64,000 bases of DNA from Phormidium lacuna HE10JO (GCA_943370025.1 CALRPI020000022.1:226-64225); one strand, 5' to 3'; positions 20,901 to 30,461 are shown, counted from the stretch's first letter. Notes: generated by a model not told the origin, from the letters alone. Numbers and translations: made by a program.

Positions 20901-22909
20901 ATGCCCCTTACCGTTATGCCGCCATTAGTTGCCCTAACTACAATATTTCCCCCATTCCCAGAAGTACCTAAATCAACACGGGAATAGGCAGCAACAGCTC
21001 CTGTCAATGGATTTGAAGGTGTTCCCATATTTACACTCTGAGCAGCGATCGTTATATCGCCTGCATTGCTAGAATTACCAGAAATGTAAGGAGGAGGGTT
21101 AAGAGGAACACCATTTATATCAGCAGGCACGTTATTTACTACTGATCGACTGTCAACGTTACCAGAAATATTGATATTACCAAGGGGAGCAAGGATATTG
21201 ATTATTCCCCCAGCCCCTGCATTCCCACTACCGACACCAGACCCACTACTAATAGACCCAGCACTGATATCACCCACAGATGCAGTTAAGTTGATACTGC
21301 CCCCATTCTGAGCTGATATAGTAGAAGCATCTATATCACCCGCCGTAATACTGGCAGCACTGATAGCAATATTTCTCCCTGGCGCAACAATTCTATCCCC
21401 CGCATTCATCAAGAAATTCCCCACCCCATTCCCATCCTGATCCGCTCGAAAAGTTATGGAACCCCCCGGCGCACCAACAAAAGTTAAGGCATTGCCTGTT
21501 AAAGTCCCAAGGGTAATATTATTACTCGCCTCCAAAACCACATTTGCCGCAGCCGGCAGAGCTTGCAGCGTTGCCTGAGAAATCGTGATATCTCCCGCAC
21601 TGCAACCCACCGCCACCGTTGGCAAAGTGCAACCCCCTAAAGCATCTGCCCCATTATTAATAAAAATATTCACCGGGTCTAACAACAAAGTCCCGAAACT
21701 TCCCTGTGGCGCTGATAAATCTGCATTCCCAGCAAAGGTTAAAACCTGCGCCCCCGACACCTCGGCAAATCCGCCATTTCCAGAACTAGCTCCACCCCTA
21801 GCTGAGATATTGCCATAAAATCTGGTAGTATCATCAGCCCAAACTATTACTCTGCCACCGTTACCAGTATTCAGCGCATCCGCATTCAAGAAAGAACCAG
21901 CATCCACATAGGTAATCCGAGAATTAAACGGATTAACTCCCCCGCCCCGATATTCCCCACCAACTCGAATCGTTCCCCCGCCATTGCTACCACTAGCATT
22001 TAGATTGGCATTCACTAGGGCAACCCTGTCACCCAAAACATTAATTACCCCTCCCTGAGAACCCGTACTGAGATTTCCAGCAGTAATATTTATCCCTTGA
22101 CCAGTGGGAATATTAACCCCTGCAACTTCCACAGTTGACCCATTGCTACTAATTCCCGGTAAATCTGACCCCGTAAGTAACCGAGGCAAATCCAGAGGCG
22201 TGATCACAGAATCTACAGGAAGAACAATTTCTAAACTTAATAAATGCCCCGGCTGGGAAATCCTCACCCGATTCGTTCCCGGTACAGCCGCTAAAGTAAT
22301 ATTCCCAGCATTGATATTCCCAGTATTAACAATATTCCCCCCAATCAAACTAATCCCCTGTCCCGGAGTCACCGATAAATTCCCAGCATTGACAATACTT
22401 CCAGCTTGGTTAGTAGTGAAGAGAAAACTATCAGGATACCCAACCAAAGCCGAGAAGTTATTATCCCCAAAAGCATTAAATAAATTATTCCCAAACCCAA
22501 TTTGATTCGCTGTCGTTGCCGTAAAACTAGCAGGAATATTTAAACTTGCTCCCTGTCCAAAAACTATCCCGGCAGGATTCATCAAGAACAGGTTAGAATT
22601 TCCCCCCGTAACTTGCAATAAACCATTAATAAAAGAAGGATTTCCCCCATTGACCCTAGCCAGAATATTTTTAATCTGAGGATTGCTCAAAAAGTTGGCA
22701 ACTTGGGCAGAATTGACATTGAAATCCCGAAAACTATGGAAAAGATTTCCCCCCGCCTGAGTTCCCCCAATGATATTAATCTGGTTTCCTTGGGGATTAA
22801 CCACAGTTCCCGCACCGTTGGGGACGATCTGGGCTAGAGTTGGCGGCACAAAACCTAGGGCAAGAACTAAGCCTAGGGAGGCTTTAGCAAGACAGGGGTA
22901 GATAGACAT
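17981..22909 (-). CDS. Secreted giant protein: TPS (filamentous haemagglutinin N-terminal) domain, beta-helix repeats, Pro/Thr linker and C-terminal CHAT caspase-like domain
   Basis: 1642 aa. Signal peptide, then GNQINIIGGTQAGGNLFHSFRDFNV and LFLMNPAGIVFG (TPS domain). GGSxNISSQGNLS tandem units. PT-rich linker. CHAT domain with candidate His (VHLATHGSF) and Cys (LVLSACETALG). Confidence 0.88.
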   Translation of the reverse strand: MSIYPCLAKASLGLVLALGFVPPTLAQIVPNGAGTVVNPQGNQINIIGGTQAGGNLFHSFRDFNVNSAQVANFLSNPQIKNILARVNGGNPSFINGLLQVTGGNSNLFLMNPAGIVFGQGASLNIPASFTATTANQIGFGNNLFNAFGDNNFSALVGYPDSFLFTTNQAGSIVNAGNLSVTPGQGISLIGGNIVNTGNINAGNITLAAVPGTNRVRISQPGHLLSLEIVLPVDSVITPLDLPRLLTGSDLPGISSNGSTVEVAGVNIPTGQGINITAGNLSTGSQGGVINVLGDRVALVNANLNASGSNGGGTIRVGGEYRGGGVNPFNSRITYVDAGSFLNADALNTGNGGRVIVWADDTTRFYGNISARGGASSGNGGFAEVSGAQVLTFAGNADLSAPQGSFGTLLLDPVNIFINNGADALGGCTLPTVAVGCSAGDITISQATLQALPAAANVVLEASNNITLGTLTGNALTFVGAPGGSITFRADQDGNGVGNFLMNAGDRIVAPGRNIAISAASITAGDIDASTISAQNGGSINLTASVGDISAGSISSGSGVGSGNAGAGGIINILAPLGNINISGNVDSRSVVNNVPADINGVPLNPPPYISGNSSNAGDITIAAQSVNMGTPSNPLTGAVAAYSRVDLGTSGNGGNIVVRATNGGITVRGINTTSGSRSGTAGNGGNIDIDIDIDAINNNITLLGATINQIDPRLVFALDSRSLSAGNGNAGNGGNIMINQNPPTNNGIFRATGEINSSSAVENNSITATGDSGSGGVITITAQSINTNDIISYSHANRGNSRDGGSLNISSQGNLSTGDIRTYSYINDTRSFSAGNGGSLNISSQGNLSTGYINSSSTLSGIGGSLNISSQGNLSTNSIISDGDRNGGSINISSQGNLSITSAISSNSFSNGNGGSINISSQGNLSITSDTTSNSFSNGNGGSINISSQGNLSTDRIYSESVGSGGYGGNITINAGNLFLLAPGIYTSFLVSRDGSRPSISTQGGLGGGSIDITHGGSTNVPFLVGNATNNGTRAAITSGTGTNTINNLIVPVPPAINPYGTNITIRTTVPTPTPLPTPSISPTPLPTPSISSTAPSSSLSSGLVSLLINPTPPQTPDPIVVGTPPPILIPETTPLSSFISTPPTPPPPTVVVAPPVVPTVIIPTPQQLSLLPLPPPAPVALVLDRPILDATSPGVQSPISLATANSNIPIIDRIPVINLNDRIRLLDDPFKEEFQAFTGLADEVATLDVNQAQDILNRITRQTNVKPALIYVFFSPANDTAANNRSVSSARSQLFRNPSNTDTLEIVLVPPTGDLVRVRYNALTRPEVLESAGELTRGVARRSVYGRGSRRMYDLIVAPLEEDLKRLKIDNLVFLMDRGLRSMPIAAMQSKDNRFIIEDYSVALMPSLTLTDTTYSSLKDSQVMAMGADRFVVDNLPPLPGVPVELKAINQIRGGNIFLNENFTLSNLRQNRSPNQRIVHLATHGSFYGDKVNSYIQLWGTERLTLEQIRSTGFGTPPVDLLVLSACETALGNTDAELGFAGLAVTSGVRSALASLWQVSDEGTMGLMAEFYQQLQTTTTKSEALRQAQLAMLRGEVRLEGGSLVTPKGNFALNDELRKLGDRRLTHPYYWSAFTMIGNPW
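20040..20500 (-). repeat. Coding tandem repeats (GGSxNISSQGNLSx units) inside the TPS-CHAT gene
   Basis: gtagataaattaccctgagatgagatgttga(t/g)agacccacc recurs six times at intervals of about 60-90 nt. Confidence 0.85.
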
Positions 22910-22982
22910 AGGACGAATAGACTCCTTGTAGAAATAAGCAGGACCTACGCACTTAAATTGATGAATAGCTTACACCCCGGAT

Positions 22983-23081
22983 GATCCCCCCTAGCCCCCC
23001 TTAAAAAGGGGGGAACCGTTTCAAAGTCCCCCTTTTTATAGGCTTTGCCTTCCCGTAAGGGTAGGGAGATTTAGGGGGATC
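22983..23081. repeat. About 100-bp element with terminal inverted repeats GATCCCCCCTAG and TTAGGGGGATC
   Basis: gatcccccctagccccccttaaaaaggggggaac...gggagatttagggggatc, between the cyclase and TPS-CHAT genes. Confidence 0.65.
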
Positions 23082-23329
23082 AAGACTTTTCAGACATCCT
23101 CTTACAACAAACTACTTTAAGATCGGCTTGAGGAGCAATACGTCATTTGCCGTAGTCTTTTGTTAAGCGATCTTTACAACCATCAATTACTTAAATCTGC
23201 CCGATCGCTACCCTCCATCTCCCTCAGCAAAGACTCAATAGTACTAATAATCTTGATCGCAATTCCTGATAATGATCTGAAAACTCTGGGTCTAAATTTC
23301 GGGAGGCAAAGATGGCTTCAGCTCTCCAG

Positions 23330-25318
23330 TTATGGAATAGATTCGGGAACCTTGTTGCCCTTGACGAGGAAAATCTCTACCTCTTTATGCTGCCCCTTGA
23401 GGTTGTCGGATCCCCAAGATTCAACCTCAAACCGATCTTCTAGGTAAATCAAGGTATCATAGCCGATTAAAATGCGGCAGTTGCTGGGTTGGATTTCTTT
23501 TTTGTAGCTTTCTAGCCGTGAAGCAGTGTTGACACTATCCCCAATCACGCCGTATTCCATCCGGTCTTTCCCCCCCAAGGAGCCAACGACAATATTGCCA
23601 GTAAAAATCCCAATCCGCATTTGAATTGTGGGCAGGTTCCGTTTGCGCCAACTATAGTTCAGCTCCTCCAGTCGATCGCCAATGGCCAAGGCTGCGTATA
23701 CCGCTCGCTGGGTATCTAAAGTCACCTCAGCATTTTGGACTCGGGACATCGGCACGCCAAAAACCGCCATTACTCCATCCCCGGTAAATTTATTAATGAT
23801 CCCTTCCCGGAGCATTATTTCCGTCGTAATTTCCTCCAAAATTTCATTGAGCCATACTAAAAGCGACTCTGGGGGCATGGTTTCCGAAATTGTACTAAAG
23901 CCCTTAATATCCAGAAATAGCATGGTGGCTGTGAGCTTAATCCCCGGTAGTTTGCCAGATTTCAACAGGCGATCGCGTCCCTGCCAGAGGGCTTCGGCAA
24001 TTTCTGGGGAAGTATTTTGCCCCAAGAGCTTCATGACGATCGTATTCTTTTGCCGGGCTTCGTAGGCTTGGTAGGTGACCACAATGGTCATGGTCAGGAT
24101 AAATCCCACCGCAGGCGTAGCCAGGGGGATTAGAACAGAGGTGTTAAAAAAATAAACCCCGGTGGCGAGGATGATTGCCCCACATCCTAAGGCTCCCAGC
24201 AGCAGAGAAGAAGGATGCCGCATTAGCCAAGGCAGCAACGCTCCCAAGAGAATCCAGCCACCGATCCAAGTCCATTCCCAAGAATTTTGCCAAAACCTAA
24301 ATAGGGGACGATCGCCCTTGGCTGCGTCTAAAAATTGACTGACCATCTGGGCATGAACTCTCACCCCCGGCATCTTAAAATCATCCTTGAGGACAGGACT
24401 GAAGGGGGTAAAGAAATCATCCTTGAGACTGCTGGCCGTGGAGCCGATCAGGACAATCTTATCCTTGACTATTTTCGGATCAACCTTGCCCGTCAAAAAA
24501 GCCGTCAGACTAATTTCCTTAGCCACATTCCCTGCATTCCGATAGTTAAGAATAATTTGCATCCCCCCAGAATCGAAGTTTTTGTAGATCCCCGCCGAAG
24601 GTCTCAGGGGATATAGCACCGCCTTGCCCAATTGCATATAATCAGGATTCTCTTGGCTTGGTTGGGGGCTAATGCCTTCCTTTTGTAAATAGTTAATAGC
24701 TACTTGCATGGCAAAAGAGGCGACTAGTTGCCCATCGCCGGGGGATTCTGCTAACCAAAGATTCCGCCGTACTGCATTGTCTGTAGTATCGATCGCAATA
24801 TCATTAAACCCGACTTGATTGGGGTCAACTCCCGGCGGTGCTGGGGTATCCCTGACGAGATCAAGGCTGCGGACATTGATCACATTGGGCTTCTGGAGTT
24901 GAGTCAGCAGACGAGTGCCGCCATTTTCTTCCTTGGGTTCTACCGGCAGGTTGCGATACAAATCTAGACCAATGACTCTAGGTTGATTAGCTTGGAGTTT
25001 TTCTAGGAGACTGGCAAGGGTCTTGTCTGGGAACGGCCAACGATTTTGCTCCCGCAAGTCAGCCTCAGTAATTCCAATAATCAGGATGCGGGGATCTGAG
25101 GACAATTGGTCTCGCGATCGCACCATATAATCAAAAACTCGTAACTCCCAATGCTGAAAATGTCCCCCAGTGCGGAGACCGATGATGATACCAGAAACTG
25201 TGATAGTGGCAATCGCCACTAATTTTGCACCATCAAGGTCTGGCAACTTGCTAATAATCTTATTAACCCAGTAGGGAAGGCGTTTAAGCATCATCTGGTA
25301 TCTCAATGGTATAAACAA
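23330..25318 (-). CDS. CHASE2 sensor fused to a class III adenylate/guanylate cyclase
   Basis: 662 aa. N-terminal TM, periplasmic CHASE2-like region, three or four TM helices, then a cyclase domain (MLFLDIKGFS, FTGDGVMAVFG, GDSVNTASRLES). Confidence 0.88.
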   Translation of the reverse strand: MFIPLRYQMMLKRLPYWVNKIISKLPDLDGAKLVAIATITVSGIIIGLRTGGHFQHWELRVFDYMVRSRDQLSSDPRILIIGITEADLREQNRWPFPDKTLASLLEKLQANQPRVIGLDLYRNLPVEPKEENGGTRLLTQLQKPNVINVRSLDLVRDTPAPPGVDPNQVGFNDIAIDTTDNAVRRNLWLAESPGDGQLVASFAMQVAINYLQKEGISPQPSQENPDYMQLGKAVLYPLRPSAGIYKNFDSGGMQIILNYRNAGNVAKEISLTAFLTGKVDPKIVKDKIVLIGSTASSLKDDFFTPFSPVLKDDFKMPGVRVHAQMVSQFLDAAKGDRPLFRFWQNSWEWTWIGGWILLGALLPWLMRHPSSLLLGALGCGAIILATGVYFFNTSVLIPLATPAVGFILTMTIVVTYQAYEARQKNTIVMKLLGQNTSPEIAEALWQGRDRLLKSGKLPGIKLTATMLFLDIKGFSTISETMPPESLLVWLNEILEEITTEIMLREGIINKFTGDGVMAVFGVPMSRVQNAEVTLDTQRAVYAALAIGDRLEELNYSWRKRNLPTIQMRIGIFTGNIVVGSLGGKDRMEYGVIGDSVNTASRLESYKKEIQPSNCRILIGYDTLIYLEDRFEVESWGSDNLKGQHKEVEIFLVKGNKVPESIP

Positions 25319-25575
25319 TAAAAGAAGCTAATTCAGATAGGATAGGACTTACGGACTGCTAACGAACTTAGTTATTCTCTGGTATCGCCCCCTATTTTCT
25401 AGACTACAACATACTCCTAAGTTAATCCTGAACATCAGAGACAATTTATTTGCAAATTTTTGCACGTTAAAGAATTAAGCTCAACTAATTAGGAAAAGCT
25501 CCCTAATCCTAGGGCATTGCTATAAGATTAAATATGTTGCTATTTGTAAAGAAGCTATAGCAACCTTGAATTAAG

Positions 25576-25650
25576 TTGAGAACGCCTTCCCCTCCGGGGA
25601 AGGCGTTCTCAACACTCTAATAATTCTAAACTTAATTAGGATTGCTATAT
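25576..25650. repeat. REP/BIME-like unit (hairpin plus AATTAGGATTGCTATA)
   Basis: gttgagaacgccttcccctccggggaaggcgttctcaac, followed by ctctaataattctaaacttaattaggattgctata. Nearly the same flank as at 14178-14212. Confidence 0.75.
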
Positions 25651-25666
25651 TTATACACAAGACTCT

Positions 25667-27064
25667 ATGCTAATCCCTCCTCCTAACCTAACCCAAGTAA
25701 AAACAACTCTGACCGAGAAAATAACAGAGAAAATATTTTTGGGTAATGAGCCAACCCCAGAGCTACTGGCAATTCTCACCGTGTATTTTGTCCAAGGCAT
25801 ACTCGGTTTAGCTCGGTTAGCGGTCAGCTTTTTCTTGAAGGATGAATTAAACTTAAGTCCGGCTCAAGTAGCTGCTTTAATGGGGATCGCTGCCCTGCCT
25901 TGGGTGATTAAGCCAGTCTTTGGGTTTCTTTCCGATAGTTTGCCAGTACTGGGTTATCGCCGTCGATCGTACATTATGCTTTCCGGACTGCTGGGGACGA
26001 TCGCTTGGCTAGCCATGGCCACGATCGTCGATTCTGCCCCCAAGGCAACCGTAGCAATTCTCCTCAGCTCTCTCTCGGTGGCAATTAGCGATGTAATTGT
26101 AGATTCTTTGGTAGTGATGCGGATTCAGCAACAAACCCAAAAAGAAGCCGGTTCTTTGCAATCTCTTTGTTGGGGAGTTTCTGCCTTAGGGGGGCTGATT
26201 ACTGCTTATATTAGTGGTTCCCTTTTGCAGCATTTTAGTACTCAAGTAGTTTTTGGGATTACCGCTTCATTCCCCCTGCTAGTTTCCTGTGTGGCGATGC
26301 TAATTCAAGAAGAAAAGGTGAGCGATCGACCCAATTTCTCTACCGTCCGCCACCAAACTCAGCAACTCTGGCAGGGCATGAAACAAAAAGCTATCTGGCT
26401 GCCTACTCTATTTCTCTTCATCTGGCAATCTACTCCTACCGCCGATTCGGCATTCTTTTTCTTCACCACCAATGAACTAGGTTTTACCCCAGAGTTTCTA
26501 GGTAGAGTCCGCCTAGTTACCAGTCTCGCTTCCCTCGTAGGTGTAGCCATCTTTCAGCGCTATCTCCGGCATCTTTCCTTTCGCTTAATCCTGGGCTGGA
26601 GTACGGTGATTGCCGCCGCCTTGGGCATGACTACCCTGCTGTTAGTGACCCATACCAACCGTCTATTGGGGATTGATGACCACTGGTTTAGTTTGGGCGA
26701 TAGCCTAATCTTGACAGTGATCGGGCAGATTACCTTCATGCCGGTGCTGGTTCTCTCTGCCAAGATTTGTCCCTCCGGTGTGGAAGCGACATTTTTTGCC
26801 CTGCTGATGTCAATCTGGAACCTAGGCGGCTTGCTTTCCCACGAATCGGGGGCATTGCTTACCCATGCTCTGGGGGTGACGGATAGTAATTTTGATAACC
26901 TGTGGATATTGGTCGTAATCACCAACCTAACCACCCTGATTCCCTTGCCCTTTCTAGGTTGGCTTCCCCACGGCACAGAGGAAATGGATTCAACAGAAAT
27001 TCTCAGCCCAGAGCCAGAAATGGGAGCAAATCATCCCCCCAAATCACCGGTACTAGGCAGCTAA
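25667..27064 (+). CDS. Folate/biopterin transporter (BT1) family MFS protein
   Basis: 465 aa, about 12 TM helices. YFVQGILGLARLAVSFFLKDEL and PWVIKPVFGFLSD are typical of the FBT family. Confidence 0.75.
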   Translation: MLIPPPNLTQVKTTLTEKITEKIFLGNEPTPELLAILTVYFVQGILGLARLAVSFFLKDELNLSPAQVAALMGIAALPWVIKPVFGFLSDSLPVLGYRRRSYIMLSGLLGTIAWLAMATIVDSAPKATVAILLSSLSVAISDVIVDSLVVMRIQQQTQKEAGSLQSLCWGVSALGGLITAYISGSLLQHFSTQVVFGITASFPLLVSCVAMLIQEEKVSDRPNFSTVRHQTQQLWQGMKQKAIWLPTLFLFIWQSTPTADSAFFFFTTNELGFTPEFLGRVRLVTSLASLVGVAIFQRYLRHLSFRLILGWSTVIAAALGMTTLLLVTHTNRLLGIDDHWFSLGDSLILTVIGQITFMPVLVLSAKICPSGVEATFFALLMSIWNLGGLLSHESGALLTHALGVTDSNFDNLWILVVITNLTTLIPLPFLGWLPHGTEEMDSTEILSPEPEMGANHPPKSPVLGS

Positions 27065-27120
27065 ATTCTTGGCTAGAACTTATCCCAAATTTTAAAAAAG
27101 GGTTGCACCTTTTTTTAATT

Positions 27121-27176
27121 TACAGCAGTTTGAGAGTGGGTGGCTGTAGCCACCCACTCTCAAACTGCTGTAAATC
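27121..27176. repeat. Palindromic copy of the TTTGAGAGTGGGTGGC hairpin
   Basis: tacagcagtttgagagtgggtggctgtagccacccactctcaaactgctgta. Stem of about 24 bp. Confidence 0.8.
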
Positions 27177-27541
27177 CCTACGCAGCAAGATATTCAGAGT
27201 ATTATTTGTATCAACTGTTTGGCAAAATGGTATAAAAAGCGGGGACTGACTTCAAAGTCGGGCTTAAGCCCTCCGGGCATACAAGAAAATGGGGATCGAA
27301 ACTTTTGCCACCCACAGTAAAACTTTTTTAGGACTTATGCACTGTCAAAAAATTATCGAGAGTTGTGGAAGTTTTTGCAGGTACTCCGTACCTGCAAACA
27401 CTTCCAAATACCCAAGTCCTTTTTTTCGATTGAGGAATGCTCAGAGAACGATCGTCAACCATGTCTTAACCAGAATGGTGCTTGCTATAGTTAGAACTGT
27501 TGCCAAAATAGTCAAACTGTAGCAAGTGCCATAGGAATTAA

Positions 27542-28456
27542 ATGCAGAAAATATCTTCACCTAACCTGACGATGGGCGGTACTGAATGGTTGTCGTTAGT
27601 AGTGCTGTCGGTGATTTGGGGTGGTTCTTTCTTTTTGATCAAGATTGCTCTCCAAGATTTTTCGCCCTTATTTGTAGTGGTGGGGAGGATTTTGGTGGCG
27701 GCGATCGCCCTAAATATTTTTGTCTATGGCTCCGGTCACAAAATGCCTACTTCGCCAGCTACTTGGGGCAGATTTATGATCATGGGGGTTCTGAATAATA
27801 TTATTCCCTTTAGCCTCATAGTTTGGGGACAAACCCATATTAGTAGTAGTTTGGCTGCGATTCTGAATGCGACAAATCCTTTATTTATCGTCATTCTGGC
27901 ACATTTTCTGACCAAGGATGAAAAATTAACTATCCATCGTCTGTTGGGAGTGGTGATTGGTTTGGTGGGGGCAGTAGTTCTGATTGCCCCTGATCTGCAT
28001 AGCTTAAGCTGGGAAGGTTGGGGACAGTTAGCGGTAATGGGTGGAGCGATTTTCTACGCCCTGGGTGGTATCTATGCTAGGGGATTGAGGCAATTTCCCC
28101 CCATGGTGGTGGCAGCAGGAACTGTCACCTGCTCTACCTTGGTGTTGTTACCTATAGGTTTAATTCTTGAAGGGTCTAGGGTCATCTCGGCACAGGGCAG
28201 TAGCTGGTTAGCGGTGGTGACCTTGGGGTTTCTCTGTACAGCGATCGCCTACCTGCTCTATTTCCGGTTGATTGCTGTTGCTGGAGCCACTAACGCCGCT
28301 TTGGTGACCTTTTTAATCCCAATCAGTGCCTCGATTTTCGGGATATTGATTCTCCATGAAAAACTAGAAAGTAATATGGTAATGGGGATGATCTTAATTT
28401 TTGCTGGTTTAGCGGTAATTGATGGCAGATTATGGCGGAGGGAAAAAGTTGGATAA
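27542..28456 (+). CDS. EamA/DMT-family transporter
   Basis: 304 aa, ten TM helices in two EamA-like halves. Confidence 0.8.
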   Translation: MQKISSPNLTMGGTEWLSLVVLSVIWGGSFFLIKIALQDFSPLFVVVGRILVAAIALNIFVYGSGHKMPTSPATWGRFMIMGVLNNIIPFSLIVWGQTHISSSLAAILNATNPLFIVILAHFLTKDEKLTIHRLLGVVIGLVGAVVLIAPDLHSLSWEGWGQLAVMGGAIFYALGGIYARGLRQFPPMVVAAGTVTCSTLVLLPIGLILEGSRVISAQGSSWLAVVTLGFLCTAIAYLLYFRLIAVAGATNAALVTFLIPISASIFGILILHEKLESNMVMGMILIFAGLAVIDGRLWRREKVG

Positions 28457-29315
28457 AGCTACAAACCCGACTAATTTACGAGATAACTTACTAGGGCATC
28501 TCCAAGAGATTATCCGGGAACGCCATCCCTATCTCGCTAGCGGAGGTCATTTTTATGTGCAAACCTATATTCGCCAACAATTATCCCTCTGGGGAGAAGT
28601 GATCACCCATGAGTTTAGTCATTCAGGACAATTACATAAAAATCTGATCCTAAATTTACCAGCTACAACTGTGGCGAATAACTGTAGACCAATGATAATT
28701 ATTGGTGCCCATTACGATGGTGTGCCCAACTCTCCGGCGGCGGATGACAATGGCACGGGGGTAGCGGCTCTGCTGGAGTTGGCAAGACTCTTTGCGGCGC
28801 AACCTCTGGCGTATCCAGTCCAGTTGGTGGCTTTTGATCTGGAAGAGTATGGATTTTTGGGTAGTATTGCCTATGTAGAAAGCCTGAAGCAGCAGGGGCA
28901 ACAGGTGCGAGTGATGTTGTCCCTGGAAATGCTGGGTTATTGCGATCGCACCCCCAATTCTCAAACCTACCCAGCCGGCTTGGAGCGCTTCTATCCCAAT
29001 ACCGGAGATTTTATTGCCCTAATTGGCAACCTAATGCTGCTGCCAGACCTAATCAAAATGGGTGGAGCGATTCGGGAGTCTGGGACTCCCTGCGAGTGGC
29101 TACCAGTCCCAAACCGGGGGCTACCCATTCCCACCACTCGCCTGAGTGATCATGTACCTTTCTGGGATGCGGGTTATCCAGCTTTGATGGTGACAGATAC
29201 GGCGTTTATGCGGAATCCCCATTACCACAAGGAGAGCGATCGCCTAGACACCCTAGACTTAGATTTCCTGACGGGGGTTTGCCAAGGTTTAGCGATCGCC
29301 TTAAGGACTCTATAA
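28422..29315 (+). CDS. M28-family metallopeptidase
   Basis: GAHYDGVPNSPAADDNGTGVAALLELARL and AFDLEEYGFLGS are zinc-ligand motifs of M28 aminopeptidases. Overlaps the upstream gene by about 35 nt. Confidence 0.8.
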   Translation: MADYGGGKKLDKATNPTNLRDNLLGHLQEIIRERHPYLASGGHFYVQTYIRQQLSLWGEVITHEFSHSGQLHKNLILNLPATTVANNCRPMIIIGAHYDGVPNSPAADDNGTGVAALLELARLFAAQPLAYPVQLVAFDLEEYGFLGSIAYVESLKQQGQQVRVMLSLEMLGYCDRTPNSQTYPAGLERFYPNTGDFIALIGNLMLLPDLIKMGGAIRESGTPCEWLPVPNRGLPIPTTRLSDHVPFWDAGYPALMVTDTAFMRNPHYHKESDRLDTLDLDFLTGVCQGLAIALRTL

Positions 29316-29368
29316 ATATCTTTAGCGGCTTTTGTCTGTCCGCTGTAATGGCTTATTCTGCCTCACTT

Positions 29369-30379
29369 TCACCCTATTTGAATTTTAGTGTAACTGAGAA
29401 AATGTTCTATTTTTGATAAGGCTGGAAATTTATTCAGGATTACTGACTGCAACTTGCTTGGCAAAAATAGCATCATAAAAATTCTTGCTAACACCTTCCA
29501 TGTCACCTTTTGCCTGAGGGGAGTAAGATCAGAAAACAACATTTTGATCAGAGCTTTTAAGCCCTGCCAACCCCTTTGGTGAGTGGGAATTCCTTCCAGA
29601 GATTTATAGCTAAGATAGCGATAAATATTCGTTAAACTGGGTCGCCTTAGATACTGTAAATTAGCCGGAGCTTGACTGAAAGCTTTTTGCAAAGCCCTGA
29701 TGGTTCCTCGCTCCTGCTGAACAAGTTGACTAGAGAGAGAATTGAACGATCGCCTATACAATATCTGCACTTGAGGCACCGCAATAAATTCATACTTTTT
29801 CGCCAATCTAATACACAGATCCCAATCTTCTGAAGGCTTGGTAAATTCATCAAAGAAACTATTGAAATCCTCCTCAGATTCTTGAATAGCAAACAACGCT
29901 TCTCGACGGACTAAAAAGTTTGATCCAGAGCCAAACAAATTATAAAGCAATGCATAGGCATAGATATTTCCACTCGGACCCGGAGCTGAAGCATGGCGCA
30001 AGAAATTTCCTTGTTCATCAATCCAATCTGTACCGCTATAGGCAACGGCAGCTTGGGGATGATCTTGTAGTGCCTGATATTGAATTTCTAATTTATCTGG
30101 TGTCCACAGATCATCTCCATCAATGAAAGATAGATACTTCCCTTGAGACTTCCTAATTCCTCGATTCCGGCTAGTAGCTGGGCCACCGTTGGGATAGTTA
30201 TAGATACTAACTCTAGGATCGGTAATTTGTTGAACAACTGCTGCTGTGCGATCGCTAGAACCGTCATTAATGACGATTATTTCTAAATTAGTAAAAGTTT
30301 GAGCTAAAACTGATTGAATTGTTTCTAAAATAGTCTTCTCGCCATTATAAACCGGAATCACTATTGATATCTGTGGCAT
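29369..30379 (-). CDS. Family 2 glycosyltransferase
   Basis: 336 aa. ISIVIPVYNGEKTILETIQSVLAQTF, VINDGSSD and FIDGDD. Paralogous to the neighbouring gene at 30462-31457. Confidence 0.85.
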   Translation of the reverse strand: MPQISIVIPVYNGEKTILETIQSVLAQTFTNLEIIVINDGSSDRTAAVVQQITDPRVSIYNYPNGGPATSRNRGIRKSQGKYLSFIDGDDLWTPDKLEIQYQALQDHPQAAVAYSGTDWIDEQGNFLRHASAPGPSGNIYAYALLYNLFGSGSNFLVRREALFAIQESEEDFNSFFDEFTKPSEDWDLCIRLAKKYEFIAVPQVQILYRRSFNSLSSQLVQQERGTIRALQKAFSQAPANLQYLRRPSLTNIYRYLSYKSLEGIPTHQRGWQGLKALIKMLFSDLTPLRQKVTWKVLARIFMMLFLPSKLQSVILNKFPALSKIEHFLSYTKIQIG

Positions 30380-30427
30380 GATTGTAATCTTCGGTTAGAG
30401 GTCATTTACAAAGTGTCTAAACGGTCT

Positions 30428-30455
30428 GTTTTTCGCCCCTCCGGGGCGAAAAACA
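30428..30455. other. 12-bp stem-loop between the two GT2 paralogues
   Basis: gtttttcgcccc-tcc(g)-ggggcgaaaaac. Confidence 0.45.
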
Positions 30456-30461
30456 AGTATC

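Noticed and set aside
23160-23447. 95-aa plus-strand ORF between the TPS-CHAT and cyclase genes.
   Set aside because: It overlaps the 3' end of the cyclase gene in antisense, and it has no motif or RBS.
27289-27522. 77-aa ORF in the FBT/EamA intergenic region.
   Set aside because: It has no RBS and no recognisable motif. It spans repeat-derived sequence, including the hairpin ggaagtttttgcaggtac...gtacctgcaaacacttcc, so it is probably non-coding.
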